From: Spirochaetia bacterium
Lineage (GTDB): Bacteria; Spirochaetota; Spirochaetia; CADAEX01
Reading direction: 5' to 3'
NCBI GenBank assembly: GCA_963662265.2
Contig: CAXXHA010000013.1
Span: forward strand, 96,001-160,000
Length of the DNA: 64,000 nt
The position numbers and the translations under genes are program-made. How positions within the stretch are numbered: the stretch's first letter is position 1; each line of letters begins with the position of its first letter. Shown here in pieces: positions 40,301 through 48,928 of this stretch. Under the pieces are notes generated by a model that saw nothing but the letters and a program-made list of their open reading frames with translations, was not told where the DNA came from and searched no databases.

Positions 40301-43300
40301 GCCGGAACTCTTACAAGTACGGGACTTGTGACCCTGAACGGGACAGCAGCACAGAGCGTAAACTTTACAAATGCGACACTTAATGACCTGACACTGAATG
40401 CAACAGGTCCTGTAACAGCGGCAGGCCCTGTAAGCATGAGCGGGACTTTAAGTAGAACAGCCGGAAACCTCGCGATGGGGGCAAATAACCTTACAGTAGG
40501 CGGAGATATAATATATACAGCCGGTTCTCTAACCTGTTCCGGGACATTGATTCTAAACGGAGCAGTTGCACAGGCAATTGATTTGAGTAATACAACACTC
40601 TCAAATATGACTGTAAATAAAACTGCAGGAACAGCAACAGTCAGCACAGCTGTAACTTTATCGGGAACTTTAACCCGGACAGCCGGAAACCTCGCAATGG
40701 GAGCAAATGCCCTCACAGTAGGTGGAGATGTATCTTACACAGCAGGAACTCTTACAAGCACGGGACTTGTGACCCTGAACGGGACAGCCGCGCAGAGCGT
40801 AAACTTTACAAATGCGACACTTACTGACCTGACATTGAATGCAACAGGCCCTGTAACAGCGGCAGGTCCTATAAATATGAGCGGGACTTTAACCCGGACA
40901 GCCGGAAACCTCGCGATGGGAGCAAATGCCCTCACAGTAGGTGGAGATGTATCTTACACAGCAGGGACTCTTACAAGCACGGGACTTGTGACCCTGAACG
41001 GGACAGCAGCGCAGAGCGTAAACTTTACAAATGCGACACTTACTGACCTGACACTGAATGCAACAGGCCCTGTAACAGCGGCAGGCCCTGTAAATATGAG
41101 CGGGACTTTAACCCGGACAGCCGGTAACCTCGTGATGGGAGCAAATGCCCTCACAGTAGGTGGCGATGTATCTTACACAGCCGGAACTCTTACAAGCACA
41201 GGGCTTGTGACCCTGAACGGGACAGCAGCGCAGAGTGTAAACTTTACAAATGCGACACTAACTGACCTGACACTTAATGCAACAGGCCCTGTAACAGCGG
41301 CAGGCCCTGTAAACATGAGCGGGACTTTAACCCGGACAGCCGGAAACCTCGCAATGGGAGCAAATGCCCTCACAGTAGGTGGAGATGTCTCATACACAGC
41401 AGGAACTCTTACAAGCACAGGGGTAGTGACCCTGAACGGGACAGCAGCGCAGAGTGTAAACTTTACTAATACGACACTCACTGACCTTACACTGAATGCA
41501 ACAGGCCCTGTAACAGCTGGGAGTGCAATAAGCTTATCAGGTACTTTAACCCGAACAGCCGGGAATCTTGTAATGGGAGCAAATGCCCTCACAGTAGGTG
41601 GCGATGTATCATACACAGCAGGAACTCTTACAAGTACGGGACTTGTGACTCTGAACGGGACAGCCGCGCAGAGTGTAAACTTTACAAATGCGACACTAAC
41701 TGACCTGACACTTAATGCAACAGGCCCTGTAACAGCGGCAGGCCCTGTAAATATGAGCGGAACTTTAACCCGGACAGCTGGAAACCTCGCGATGGGAGGC
41801 AATAGCCTTACAGTTGGTACCGATATAGTATACACAGCAGGAATGCTCACAAGTACAGGCACGGTATTTCTTAATGGAGCAGCGGCGCAGGCTGTCAATT
41901 TTACAAGTACAACACTCACTAACATGACAGTAAATAAAACTGCAGGAACTGCAACACTGGGATCAGCAGTTTCATTATCAGGTAATTTAATCATAAATAA
42001 TGCAGGAATTTTTGATCAGAATAATTTCAACATGAATGTGAGTACTAATATTTCGATTTCTGCAGGAGGATTATCTACCGGTGCAGGTAGAATTAATTGC
42101 GGAGGTAACTGGACAGCAGTAGCGGGAGCAGTTTTTGATTCCGGTACAGGTATTGTCATATTTGACGGAGCTGGTGCTCAGTCCCTGATTTCGGGAGGTG
42201 CTGACGGTAATCATGATTTTTATAATATAGTAATAAATAAAGGGGGAGGAACTCTCTCTGTAAGCACTAATGAGCTCTTAACCCGGAATTTCTTTCATTT
42301 TGCGGGAACTCTTGATATATCAAACAGGAGTATAAGAACGACAGGTGATTTTGCCGCATTTGGTGGTGCTTATACTGCTGATGATGGCGGAACAGCTGAT
42401 ATTTTTAAATACAATCCGGCACCGGCTTTTATAAGGCCTGCTGCAGTTGATGCAGCATCTGCAGCTGTTACTGCCCTTATTGATGAGGAAGTTGTTCATT
42501 CTGCGGCTTTTGCAAATCTTGACGGGGCTACTATACGTACTGACAGGAATTTTTATATAAATGGAGCGGATATGCCTTCTACTGTAAACTGGACGTTGCA
42601 GGTAAGAGATAACAAAGATGGTTTAACATATTTCGCGGAAGTCTATAACTCTATAGTTGATAACAGCCAGGTTGCTGTAAACCCGTCAGATCTGCCTGCG
42701 GGAAGTGCCGGAAATATTGCTGCTGCTGAAAATGTAACTGCGAATTTATGTAGTGCCGAATGGCGGACTGTCCGTACATCTATTGTAGATGCAGGAACTT
42801 ATACTGTTTTTGATGATATTATCCGTGTGCAGTTCAGCGAGGCAATTGAAAATACTAACAATGAAATATCAGCTGCTGTAGGAGATATTTTTCTTACTGC
42901 ATTTGCAACTCCATTTACCGGGACTTTTACAGATGCGGCATGTACAATTTCAACAGATACAGTTGATGATATAAATACTTTTTACTTACAGATTACAACA
43001 AATCCATGGAATACAGATGCAAAGGATTTATCATCCGGTGCTGCCGGAAGTACTGATCGTGACGGAACAGTCCGTGGAAATATACCTCAGATTCACTTTA
43101 GAAAGCATTTGGCAGGTCTATATTATACTTTACGGGACCAGTATAAAAACCGCCTTGGGACAACAAGTTTCCAGTCAGTGGATGATCAGTGTAAACCTGT
43201 TCTCTATAGAATTGATATTGACAGGCAGGCGCATGCGAAGCCTATTACCCATCTGGCAGACGGACATAACCTTTTCAGGCTTTACTATTCAGAACCTGTT

Positions 43301-45478
43301 CATATAGGTACAGATATTGGAGACGGTACAGATTGTGCCGCAGGTTTTTCCATTGCAGCTGCCAATGCCGCAAATCAGAAAAGCGGTGCAACATTTGCAG
43401 CAGCCGGGGAATACGGAGGAGCTCTTTCTATAGCCGCAGGCACTGTTTCCGCAGAGGGCTATTTTTCATATGGAGGAGGAGCCGCAACTTTAAATAAAGG
43501 TTTCAGATACGGTGATGTCAACAATGAAGCTGTCTACAGGCCGAACAGCCATCAGCTTGAGATATATCTTTCAGGATGGAACCAGTATGCCTCTGTAGCA
43601 GCATCAAATGCAGTTGACAGTCTTGTTCCCCCCTATAATGTGAATGACCTGCAGTGGCCAGGTCTCCACTGGGGAGTATCAGACCCGAAAACTGCAGATG
43701 CTTCACTATCAGTTACAGCTAACAGCAGAATAACTGATGCTGACGGTAATTCTCTGGATGAATCTGTTATTCCGTTTGATTTTAATAATCTGCCGGCTAC
43801 AGGGTTTACTGTTAACAATGACTGGGATATTGATGAACCTAAAATATCTCTGTATAAACCTGGAATGACACATATTTTTCCGTTACCGGGTTTTCCTGCA
43901 ACAGAAGTATATGTTCTTGATAATGACAGTAATGATGTTATTGACAGACTTGAATTTCATATCCATGATAACAGTTCAGATGAAGGGATTGACGGCGCAG
44001 GATGGAATTCTTCTGCAGACCATCCTGATCAGGATTTATTCTATGACACAGGAGCTCCTGCAGATATACTTCCTGAAGGGGTCAGGGATTTTACAGTAAA
44101 ACTTGCTATGTCCAGCTTTTTTATCAATCGATCAGGAACAGCTCCTGTATATCCTGCTTCCGGATATACATTCTCAACAGAAGTCAGTAATACAATTTTT
44201 GAACCATTGCCCGGGCCTGTGGAAAGAACTGCCGGAACAACTGCAAGTGATATGTATTTTACACTTTCTCTTGTAAATGAAGCTGATCTTGGTCTGACTT
44301 ATCTTGACCAGGTTAGGCTTACATATGATGAAGTAAATGGAAGTATAACTGACCTCGCAGGTAACAGACTTACAGGTCTGACAAATGTATTTTGTATTGA
44401 ACAGGTGCCGCCTGTTATATCCTATTCCCTTGCATCCACCGGAGGCAGGAAAATATTTGTCAGGTTTTCTAAATATATATATGGTCCGGGAGGATCAGGA
44501 AATCAGGTAACTGCTGCAGCTTTTCAGGTTTCCGGAACACCTGTAACATTAGAGCCTGTTATCCAGGCAGGAGACCAGGGTATCCTTGAAGCTTTTCTTG
44601 TTATGCCTGCGACATTAAGCGCAGAACTTGTTTTTACAGGTGTAATTCAGCCTCAGCTTAACCAGATTTTTGACTCAACAAATACTGTTCAGATGGCAAC
44701 AACCAGTACTCATAAAATATCTGATATCGGTATCAGGGTTATTGAACCGGTCTGGGCTGATGATGGTGTTGAATCGGAAACTATACAGGGTGGGGGAGCT
44801 TTAAAAGTTTTTGACGGAACAGGACGACTTCATGACAGTGATATAACATTACAGGCAGGAATTCAATCCGCTTCAGCTGCTTCACTTCCATCTATACTGT
44901 ATTTTGATGTAAATCCGCCTTCATCAGCAATGTGGAATGATTTCTGGCTTCCAGGTGTTATCAAGGGCTTCAATGAAAATCCCAATAACAGTGTCAGGGG
45001 AGTTTCTGCCTACAGCAGCCAGGGCGCTTTGAGAAACTTCATTATACCTTCAAATGATTCTGAAATTAAACCGGGAGCAACACTTGAGTTTCTTTTGAGG
45101 CTTGGAGGACTTTATTGTTCTGATGTCAGGGATCCTGATGACCCGAGAACTCTTATTCCCTGGAAAGTGAAAATAACTGGAGTTAAAAAACAGCGTGCTG
45201 GAGTCACAATTCTCAATAATGTAATTAATCCGCTGGAAGGAGAGAAAACTGTTCTTCAGTATGACCTAGAGAAGTCAGGTGCTGTAACAATAAATATATT
45301 CAGTCTTTCCGGAGATGTTGTGCAGACTCTTTTTAAGGGAAGACAGGCCAAAGGCAGTTACAGTTTTACATGGGACGGAAAAAATACCGGTGGCAGGGCA
45401 GTTGCACGAGGAATATATTTTATCCGGATTGTCGGGCCTGATGTGGATGAATACAGAAAAGTAATGGTTGTGAAATAA
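34385..45478 (+). CDS. Giant secreted repetitive surface protein/adhesin with C-terminal FlgD-Ig-like domain
   Basis: Signal peptide; Gly/Thr/Asn-rich beta-solenoid-type repeats; C-terminal NNVINP...YSFTWDGKNTGGRAVARGIYFIRI...RKVMVVK. Confidence 0.85.
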   Translation: MKKNIIISIFSLLFLFPIVVFSQTLIPQGTDNWLSGAGTPGSGDVDGLNVVFFEIPDTVTGPIYFAIEDPGIVEDGGTPGTALNPQDQWIIDAGERMTFTLVGGDGAFSNPVSRKYKYSTKADVYSSGTGIQLDQHIYTPDAVAGALNPETTGWIYFNPVYPSQGEHIGNKYYFKVIAEASTGANFKNGYRFDASLSNAGSPTGISGGEAFAYSWCVLFRDDIDDSWDLYPYVTRNAVPPVVRFIVVGCFDFDPSGGVPTAAIYNKEPEGVPSAITVDGPSNEVDNGSVEITAGEDNGTWRVRITETGSVGYPNTSEVWAWENGAAENGNTVPDESTDTMYRIYSGSYNPPDPHHIVAVAEDGTAIDNDSDTEKITFQVVDDTGTPLPYSEKIWIDLSSYTGVTIVQKNNNADIDSPTAVGANTTLVTTDVSGIGWITIKRTDQADSTVTVTPVTNGGNSSSTLPGTNTSADVFFGNINAPTISSAGNNDENISQSGTPLENIVITETGTGVTRSLVSGANIRIKLPSVLTDSVFSAPVPTATPSGGGFAGVVTIAGNVITVPITGNFANGDTLTLSGITADTGTVTGSGKIILDYDGSLSYLVEDDKATSVKNPNLKEWLGSAGTGWNTPGNWSGGSIPVAGQDVVIRNVLNQPVLDIATTPALTSLTIDSGSTLSLNGNTLQATTFENQGTLKVSGGETVTNFTLDTDSGTVEYSGTGNTIAAWGNYYDLVISGGTRTLSGAVVLGGSLTISTGGTLNSSNQGITLAGNWNNSGTFVNTTSETVTFQNNSVNSIISGSTSFYNLAVPSAAAGKTILFEDGSTQTVRNDISINGTSGNEIILKSTNPGTQWTIQNDTSTQNISYINVTDSNVTGSGGDLLASSSTNGGNNDTGASPAWNFNPVFTWTGGGGASWNTPGSWDLNTVPVFGSTVVIPDVGTDPVLAGAVTVNNLTIQNLGILSLNGNNLTVSNTFDIQNNGTLRLIGSEASVSVIDTNNGTIEYIGGAAGQNSYTGLPTAASPHNHLIFNDTTDGDDIWALGAALNIGGNLTVTTGSFDLDGNNLATVTGTFLVDTNGQLTLIGNETVAVINTNNGTINYKGAAGVNNYPSLPTAASPHNHVIFNDIADGNDTWTLGAGLNIGGNLSRTAGNISAGANAVSVAGNIIYTAGTLTSTGLVTLNGTAAQSVNFTNATLTDLTLNATGPVTAGSAISLSGTLTRTAGNLAMGANALTVGGDVSYTAGTLTSTGLVTLNGTAAQSVNFTNATLADLTLNATGPVTAAGPVNMSGTLTRTAGNLAMGANTLTVGGDVSYTAGTLTSTGLVTLNGTAAQSVNFTNATLTDLILNATGPVTAGSAISLSGTLSRTAGNLAMGANTLTVGGDVSYTAGTLTSTGLVILNGIAAQSVNFTNATLTDLTLNATGPVTAAGPVNMSGTLSRTAGNLAMGANALTVGGDVSYTAGTLTSTGLVTLNGTAAQSVNFTNATLANLTINSTGPVTAGSAISMSGTLSRTAGNLAMGANNLTVGGDIIYTAGSLTCSGTLILNGAVAQAIDLSNTTLTNMTVNKTAGTATVSTAVTLSGTLTRTAGNLAMGANALTVGGDVSYTAGTLTSTGLVTLNGTAAQSVNFTNATLTDLTLNATGPVTAAGPVNMSGTLTRTAGNLAMGANTLTVGGDVSYTAGTLTSTGLVTLNGTAAQSVNFTNATLTDLTLNATGPVTAGSAISLSGTLSRTAGNLAMGANTLTVGGDVSYTAGTLTSTGLVTLNGTAAQSVNFTNATLTDLTLNATGPVTAAGPVNMSGTLIRTAGNLAMGANALTVGGDVSYTAGTLTSTGLVTLNGTAAQSVNFTNATLTDLTLNATGPVTATGPVNMSGTLSRTAGNLAMGANALTVGGDVSYTAGTLTSTGLVTLNGTAAQSVNFTNATLTDLTLNATGPVTAAGPVSMGGTLTRTAGNLAMGANALTVGGDVSYTAGTLTSTGLVTLNGTAAQSVNFTNATLNDLTLNATGPVTAAGPVSMSGTLSRTAGNLAMGANNLTVGGDIIYTAGSLTCSGTLILNGAVAQAIDLSNTTLSNMTVNKTAGTATVSTAVTLSGTLTRTAGNLAMGANALTVGGDVSYTAGTLTSTGLVTLNGTAAQSVNFTNATLTDLTLNATGPVTAAGPINMSGTLTRTAGNLAMGANALTVGGDVSYTAGTLTSTGLVTLNGTAAQSVNFTNATLTDLTLNATGPVTAAGPVNMSGTLTRTAGNLVMGANALTVGGDVSYTAGTLTSTGLVTLNGTAAQSVNFTNATLTDLTLNATGPVTAAGPVNMSGTLTRTAGNLAMGANALTVGGDVSYTAGTLTSTGVVTLNGTAAQSVNFTNTTLTDLTLNATGPVTAGSAISLSGTLTRTAGNLVMGANALTVGGDVSYTAGTLTSTGLVTLNGTAAQSVNFTNATLTDLTLNATGPVTAAGPVNMSGTLTRTAGNLAMGGNSLTVGTDIVYTAGMLTSTGTVFLNGAAAQAVNFTSTTLTNMTVNKTAGTATLGSAVSLSGNLIINNAGIFDQNNFNMNVSTNISISAGGLSTGAGRINCGGNWTAVAGAVFDSGTGIVIFDGAGAQSLISGGADGNHDFYNIVINKGGGTLSVSTNELLTRNFFHFAGTLDISNRSIRTTGDFAAFGGAYTADDGGTADIFKYNPAPAFIRPAAVDAASAAVTALIDEEVVHSAAFANLDGATIRTDRNFYINGADMPSTVNWTLQVRDNKDGLTYFAEVYNSIVDNSQVAVNPSDLPAGSAGNIAAAENVTANLCSAEWRTVRTSIVDAGTYTVFDDIIRVQFSEAIENTNNEISAAVGDIFLTAFATPFTGTFTDAACTISTDTVDDINTFYLQITTNPWNTDAKDLSSGAAGSTDRDGTVRGNIPQIHFRKHLAGLYYTLRDQYKNRLGTTSFQSVDDQCKPVLYRIDIDRQAHAKPITHLADGHNLFRLYYSEPVHIGTDIGDGTDCAAGFSIAAANAANQKSGATFAAAGEYGGALSIAAGTVSAEGYFSYGGGAATLNKGFRYGDVNNEAVYRPNSHQLEIYLSGWNQYASVAASNAVDSLVPPYNVNDLQWPGLHWGVSDPKTADASLSVTANSRITDADGNSLDESVIPFDFNNLPATGFTVNNDWDIDEPKISLYKPGMTHIFPLPGFPATEVYVLDNDSNDVIDRLEFHIHDNSSDEGIDGAGWNSSADHPDQDLFYDTGAPADILPEGVRDFTVKLAMSSFFINRSGTAPVYPASGYTFSTEVSNTIFEPLPGPVERTAGTTASDMYFTLSLVNEADLGLTYLDQVRLTYDEVNGSITDLAGNRLTGLTNVFCIEQVPPVISYSLASTGGRKIFVRFSKYIYGPGGSGNQVTAAAFQVSGTPVTLEPVIQAGDQGILEAFLVMPATLSAELVFTGVIQPQLNQIFDSTNTVQMATTSTHKISDIGIRVIEPVWADDGVESETIQGGGALKVFDGTGRLHDSDITLQAGIQSASAASLPSILYFDVNPPSSAMWNDFWLPGVIKGFNENPNNSVRGVSAYSSQGALRNFIIPSNDSEIKPGATLEFLLRLGGLYCSDVRDPDDPRTLIPWKVKITGVKKQRAGVTILNNVINPLEGEKTVLQYDLEKSGAVTINIFSLSGDVVQTLFKGRQAKGSYSFTWDGKNTGGRAVARGIYFIRIVGPDVDEYRKVMVVK
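37811..41980 (+). repeat. In-frame tandem repeat array of 19 units (16 x 219 bp and 3 x 222 bp)
   Basis: Unit GTLTRTAGNLAMGANALTVGGDVSYTAGTLTSTGLVTLNGTAAQSVNFTNATLTDLTLNATGPVTAAGPVNMS, counted in the translation; 74-aa variants at units 6, 13 and 19; total span 4170 bp. Confidence 0.95.
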
Positions 45479-45501
45479 CCTGGAATATTTTAAACAATAA
45501 T

Positions 45502-45533
45502 GTTCCGGCATGTAGCAATGCCGGAACTTTTTT
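45502..45533 (+). terminator. Intrinsic terminator after the giant gene
   Basis: GTTCCGGCAT-N6-ATGCCGGAAC followed by T6. Confidence 0.85.
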
Positions 45534-45563
45534 ATCAAGAAATATCATCAAAAAGGAATTTGA

Positions 45564-45929
45564 ATGGAGCTGTTAACTCTTTTTTATATTCTGAATATCT
45601 CATTCCTTCTTCTCCATGAGATTGAATCAGCCTATGAAAAGGAATGGGAAATTTTAAATATTCCGGGCGGAATAACTGTTTTTCTTGTTATTCATTTTCC
45701 TTTAATTGTTATTCTTCTATATTGTCTGCTGGAGATTAACAGGCATTCACTATTTGGGCTGATTTCGGGAATAGTTACAGGTATCTTAGGTGTAATACCG
45801 TTTCTGGTTCACAGAGTAATCTTTTACAGATGTGATTCTTTTAACCGGATTTCGTCAAAAATAATAATTTATGTGAATATACTGACCGGATTATTTGTTT
45901 TTTATTTGTCGCTTGAAAAATTAATTTAG
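45564..45929 (+). CDS. Small membrane protein (DUF6713-like)
   Basis: About four hydrophobic helices; LLHEIESAYEKEW motif. Confidence 0.6.
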   Translation: MELLTLFYILNISFLLLHEIESAYEKEWEILNIPGGITVFLVIHFPLIVILLYCLLEINRHSLFGLISGIVTGILGVIPFLVHRVIFYRCDSFNRISSKIIIYVNILTGLFVFYLSLEKLI

Positions 45930-45952
45930 ATTTATATCAGGTAGATTATTTA

Positions 45953-47026
45953 TTAATCAGATATAAAATAGAGTGATGGGGATGAAATAACCACTCTTCC
46001 TGCATCTTTTGAAATGTCGCCTGAAGTTGTAAGTGTCGGGGATATTTTCAAAGTTATGCTGTCGCCGTTATTAATCTGTATGAATTTTTCCATACTCAGT
46101 TTTGTCCAGGTTGTTGAGTATTCTGCAGCGGTAAATTCTTCCGGTGAGTCGTTTATAAATAATGTTACTCCGGATGATTTAAATGCATTGAGGAAGCCGG
46201 CTGTAGGGGAAACCTGAGTATTATCTTCCTCCCTGACATACAGGGAAAATCTGTAGATACCTGATACAAGATCAACCCTCCCACTCTGTTTCTGCGGTAC
46301 TGTCAGGTAAACGGTATTGTCGAAATCTGTTCTTGTAAGCCTTATGTTGTCGATATTTCCTTCCTGCTGTTTATTATCTCCGATATTGAAAGTGCTTCCT
46401 GCAGATACTGTGATAGTCATTCCCCCGTCCAGCGCTGATGATAAGTACGGAAATTCATAATTCTGTACAAGCCAGGATGATAGTCCTGTAACCTGCCATA
46501 TCGGTTCAATTTTTGTACCGCCGTTATAATACAGAAACTGAATATCGGTGTAGCTTGGAGAAGTGTTTAAGTCAAATTTGATTGAGTACTGCGGATTTTC
46601 GGTTGCAGGATCTACACCTGCTGCAATATCCAGAAGATTTGATAGAGTATATGCTGCTGTCTGTACTGATGTGAGGTTGAAATACAGGCTGAAGCCTGAA
46701 ACCGGATTATTAGCATTTGAAGCGGATGCAGTTGCTGTCCATCCAGGAGAAGCTCCTGTTTCAAAATCACCGTTAGGAAAAAGATTCGGTATTTCCAGGC
46801 GGTATGCTGTCCCGTCAGGACCTGTCGCATATGTTCCTGATTCATCGGTTAGTGTCATGTAGTTATAACCGTAATCAACAGCATTTCCTTTTATCAGCCA
46901 GTCTCCGGATGCCAGGTTGCTGTTTTCAATATAGTTCTTTCCCTGGTATTCTGAAAGATCCATAGGAGAATCACTGCATGAGAGAAGAGGCATTAAAACT
47001 GTAAGAACAAGAATCAGTTTCTTCAA
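45953..47026 (-). CDS. Lipoprotein with carbohydrate-binding-module-like beta-sandwich
   Basis: TTG start; lipobox LLSC; NLFPNGDFE...IDNIRL pattern typical of CBM4/9-like domains. Confidence 0.65.
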   Translation of the reverse strand: MKKLILVLTVLMPLLSCSDSPMDLSEYQGKNYIENSNLASGDWLIKGNAVDYGYNYMTLTDESGTYATGPDGTAYRLEIPNLFPNGDFETGASPGWTATASASNANNPVSGFSLYFNLTSVQTAAYTLSNLLDIAAGVDPATENPQYSIKFDLNTSPSYTDIQFLYYNGGTKIEPIWQVTGLSSWLVQNYEFPYLSSALDGGMTITVSAGSTFNIGDNKQQEGNIDNIRLTRTDFDNTVYLTVPQKQSGRVDLVSGIYRFSLYVREEDNTQVSPTAGFLNAFKSSGVTLFINDSPEEFTAAEYSTTWTKLSMEKFIQINNGDSITLKISPTLTTSGDISKDAGRVVISSPSLYFISD

Positions 47027-47513
47027 AAAATTCTACCTATAATATAAATATATTATTTATTTCCTTCATTGTCTATTTTGTGTAAACAGGCAACATCTTT
47101 ATTATAACATATCGTGTTTATTTCTGTAATTCTAAACAGCTATATATATAAAAACAGGGAATCTGTGAAAAGTTACAACAGGGAAGCAATGAGTTTTTTT
47201 GACTGTTTTTCAGTTTTAAACAGGTAAATATGTGGCAAATTGAGCTTGAAATTTTCTGTTATCGAACATTCTGGCAGCTCGGGATGAATATCTTTCATCT
47301 CAAGGCTTAAAATGCATTCTCTGGCATGAGGATATTTTCCTGAAAAACAGTTTTAAAATAAGCCGCCCTGAACATTATCAGCTGTAATATAATAAAAAAA
47401 TATCGATAATATACTGAAAACCCCTTCCAGAAAACAGCAGGAACGAAGTATAATATCCCTTGCTCTTAAAGCAGCATTGGAATTATTTAACTAGAATTCT
47501 GAAGACAGGTTTA

Positions 47514-48926
47514 ATGCATAAGAAGAATTTTAAATTTTACAGACCGGTTGTTGTCTCTTCATTGATATTTATCCTCGGATTCGTGACAATCAATATTCTT
47601 CATTTCGAGGCAGACAGCCGAACTTTCCAGAAAAAACTTTTCGATTCAATTTTACCCACTTCAGCCGATTATATTTCCGCTTATATTGAAAGTTTCAACA
47701 GCAAATATGCGCTCCTTTCAAAGGTACTTGCTGCTGAAACAGATCCGGACAGCTTTATTATAAACGGCAGGGAAGACAGCCGTGCTGTTATCACGAGGCT
47801 CAGGGATATATCTGAAAAAACCTCTGTCAAGACGACTGGTTATATATCTTTTCTGACAGATAAATACTATGACAGTAACGGCACAGTGCTTGAACTTGAC
47901 TATAATTCAGAAAGAGATTCATGGATAACGGAATTCCTTAACAGCGGTGCCGATACAAAATCGACTTTCTATGACCCGGAAGATAATGAGCATCTTTTTG
48001 CCATATACAATGATGTGAAAATATCTGGAAAGGAAGGTTCTGTTGATGCAATTTTCGGCCTTGGTGTATCTTTCGGTTCTGCCACAGAGGATATCAACAA
48101 GGCTGGAGAAAATAAAACAATATTTTTTATAGATACTTCTGGCATGATAAAATTCCCCTCTAATATGAGGGGGAAAAATATTTATGACAGATACGGAATT
48201 GATAGAAACAACTATGAATTGTCATCACATAACCATTCCCAGTATGAGAATGTGATTTATCTTTCTGAAGATAATAAAAAAGTTGTTTTTTACTCAGAAT
48301 ATATTTCTTTTCTCGGAAAATTCATGATTATTGAACTTGATATTACTGAGATTTACAATGATTTGAAGACTCAGTTTTTATCTTCATTCATTGCAGGGCT
48401 TATTCTTTCAGCAGGAATTGTTATCGGAAATATATTTATACTGAACCACTCGAATAACCGGCATTTTAAAAAGGCCTACAAAGATCCCCTTACCGGATGC
48501 TATAACAGGAGGTTTCTTGACCACTGTTTTTCCGGCAGTAGAACTGGTTTTTCAACAGGAAGCACATCTCTTATTACCCTTGATATAGATCATTTCAAGG
48601 AAATCAATGATAAAAGGGGGCATCTGGAGGGAGATGTAATTCTGAAAACTGTTGCATCTGTTGCACAGTCATGTGTCAGGGATAAAGATGCTGTCATCAG
48701 GTGGGGCGGTGATGAGTTTATACTTCTGGTGAAGGCAGATATTGATGATGCATTCAGAATTGCTGAAAGAATCAGGTCGGAATTATATTTAAAAACTGCT
48801 GTCTCTATTACAGCAGGTGTGACATCTATTGGAAAAGATGATATTTTTGAGACTGCAATGGAAAGAGCTGATTCTGCTCTTTATAAAGCCAAGAATGAAG
48901 GGCGTAACAGGGTATATACTGCCTGA
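47514..48926 (+). CDS. Membrane-anchored diguanylate cyclase with periplasmic Cache-like sensor
   Basis: Two TM helices flanking an extracytoplasmic domain; DPLTG, DIDHFK, RxxD I-site (RDKD), GGDEF. Start uncertain (TTG 47460 or ATG 47514). Confidence 0.88.
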   Translation: MHKKNFKFYRPVVVSSLIFILGFVTINILHFEADSRTFQKKLFDSILPTSADYISAYIESFNSKYALLSKVLAAETDPDSFIINGREDSRAVITRLRDISEKTSVKTTGYISFLTDKYYDSNGTVLELDYNSERDSWITEFLNSGADTKSTFYDPEDNEHLFAIYNDVKISGKEGSVDAIFGLGVSFGSATEDINKAGENKTIFFIDTSGMIKFPSNMRGKNIYDRYGIDRNNYELSSHNHSQYENVIYLSEDNKKVVFYSEYISFLGKFMIIELDITEIYNDLKTQFLSSFIAGLILSAGIVIGNIFILNHSNNRHFKKAYKDPLTGCYNRRFLDHCFSGSRTGFSTGSTSLITLDIDHFKEINDKRGHLEGDVILKTVASVAQSCVRDKDAVIRWGGDEFILLVKADIDDAFRIAERIRSELYLKTAVSITAGVTSIGKDDIFETAMERADSALYKAKNEGRNRVYTA

Positions 48927-48928
48927 AA

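Noticed and set aside
37811-41980. Regular repeats as a possible CRISPR array
   Set aside because: Units are 219/222 bp, contiguous, in frame within a CDS, with no unique spacers and no cas genes.
38101-41994. Series of 66-aa minus-strand ORFs (MRAFAPIARFPAV...)
   Set aside because: Antisense shadows of the tandem repeat; their periodicity mirrors the plus-strand unit.
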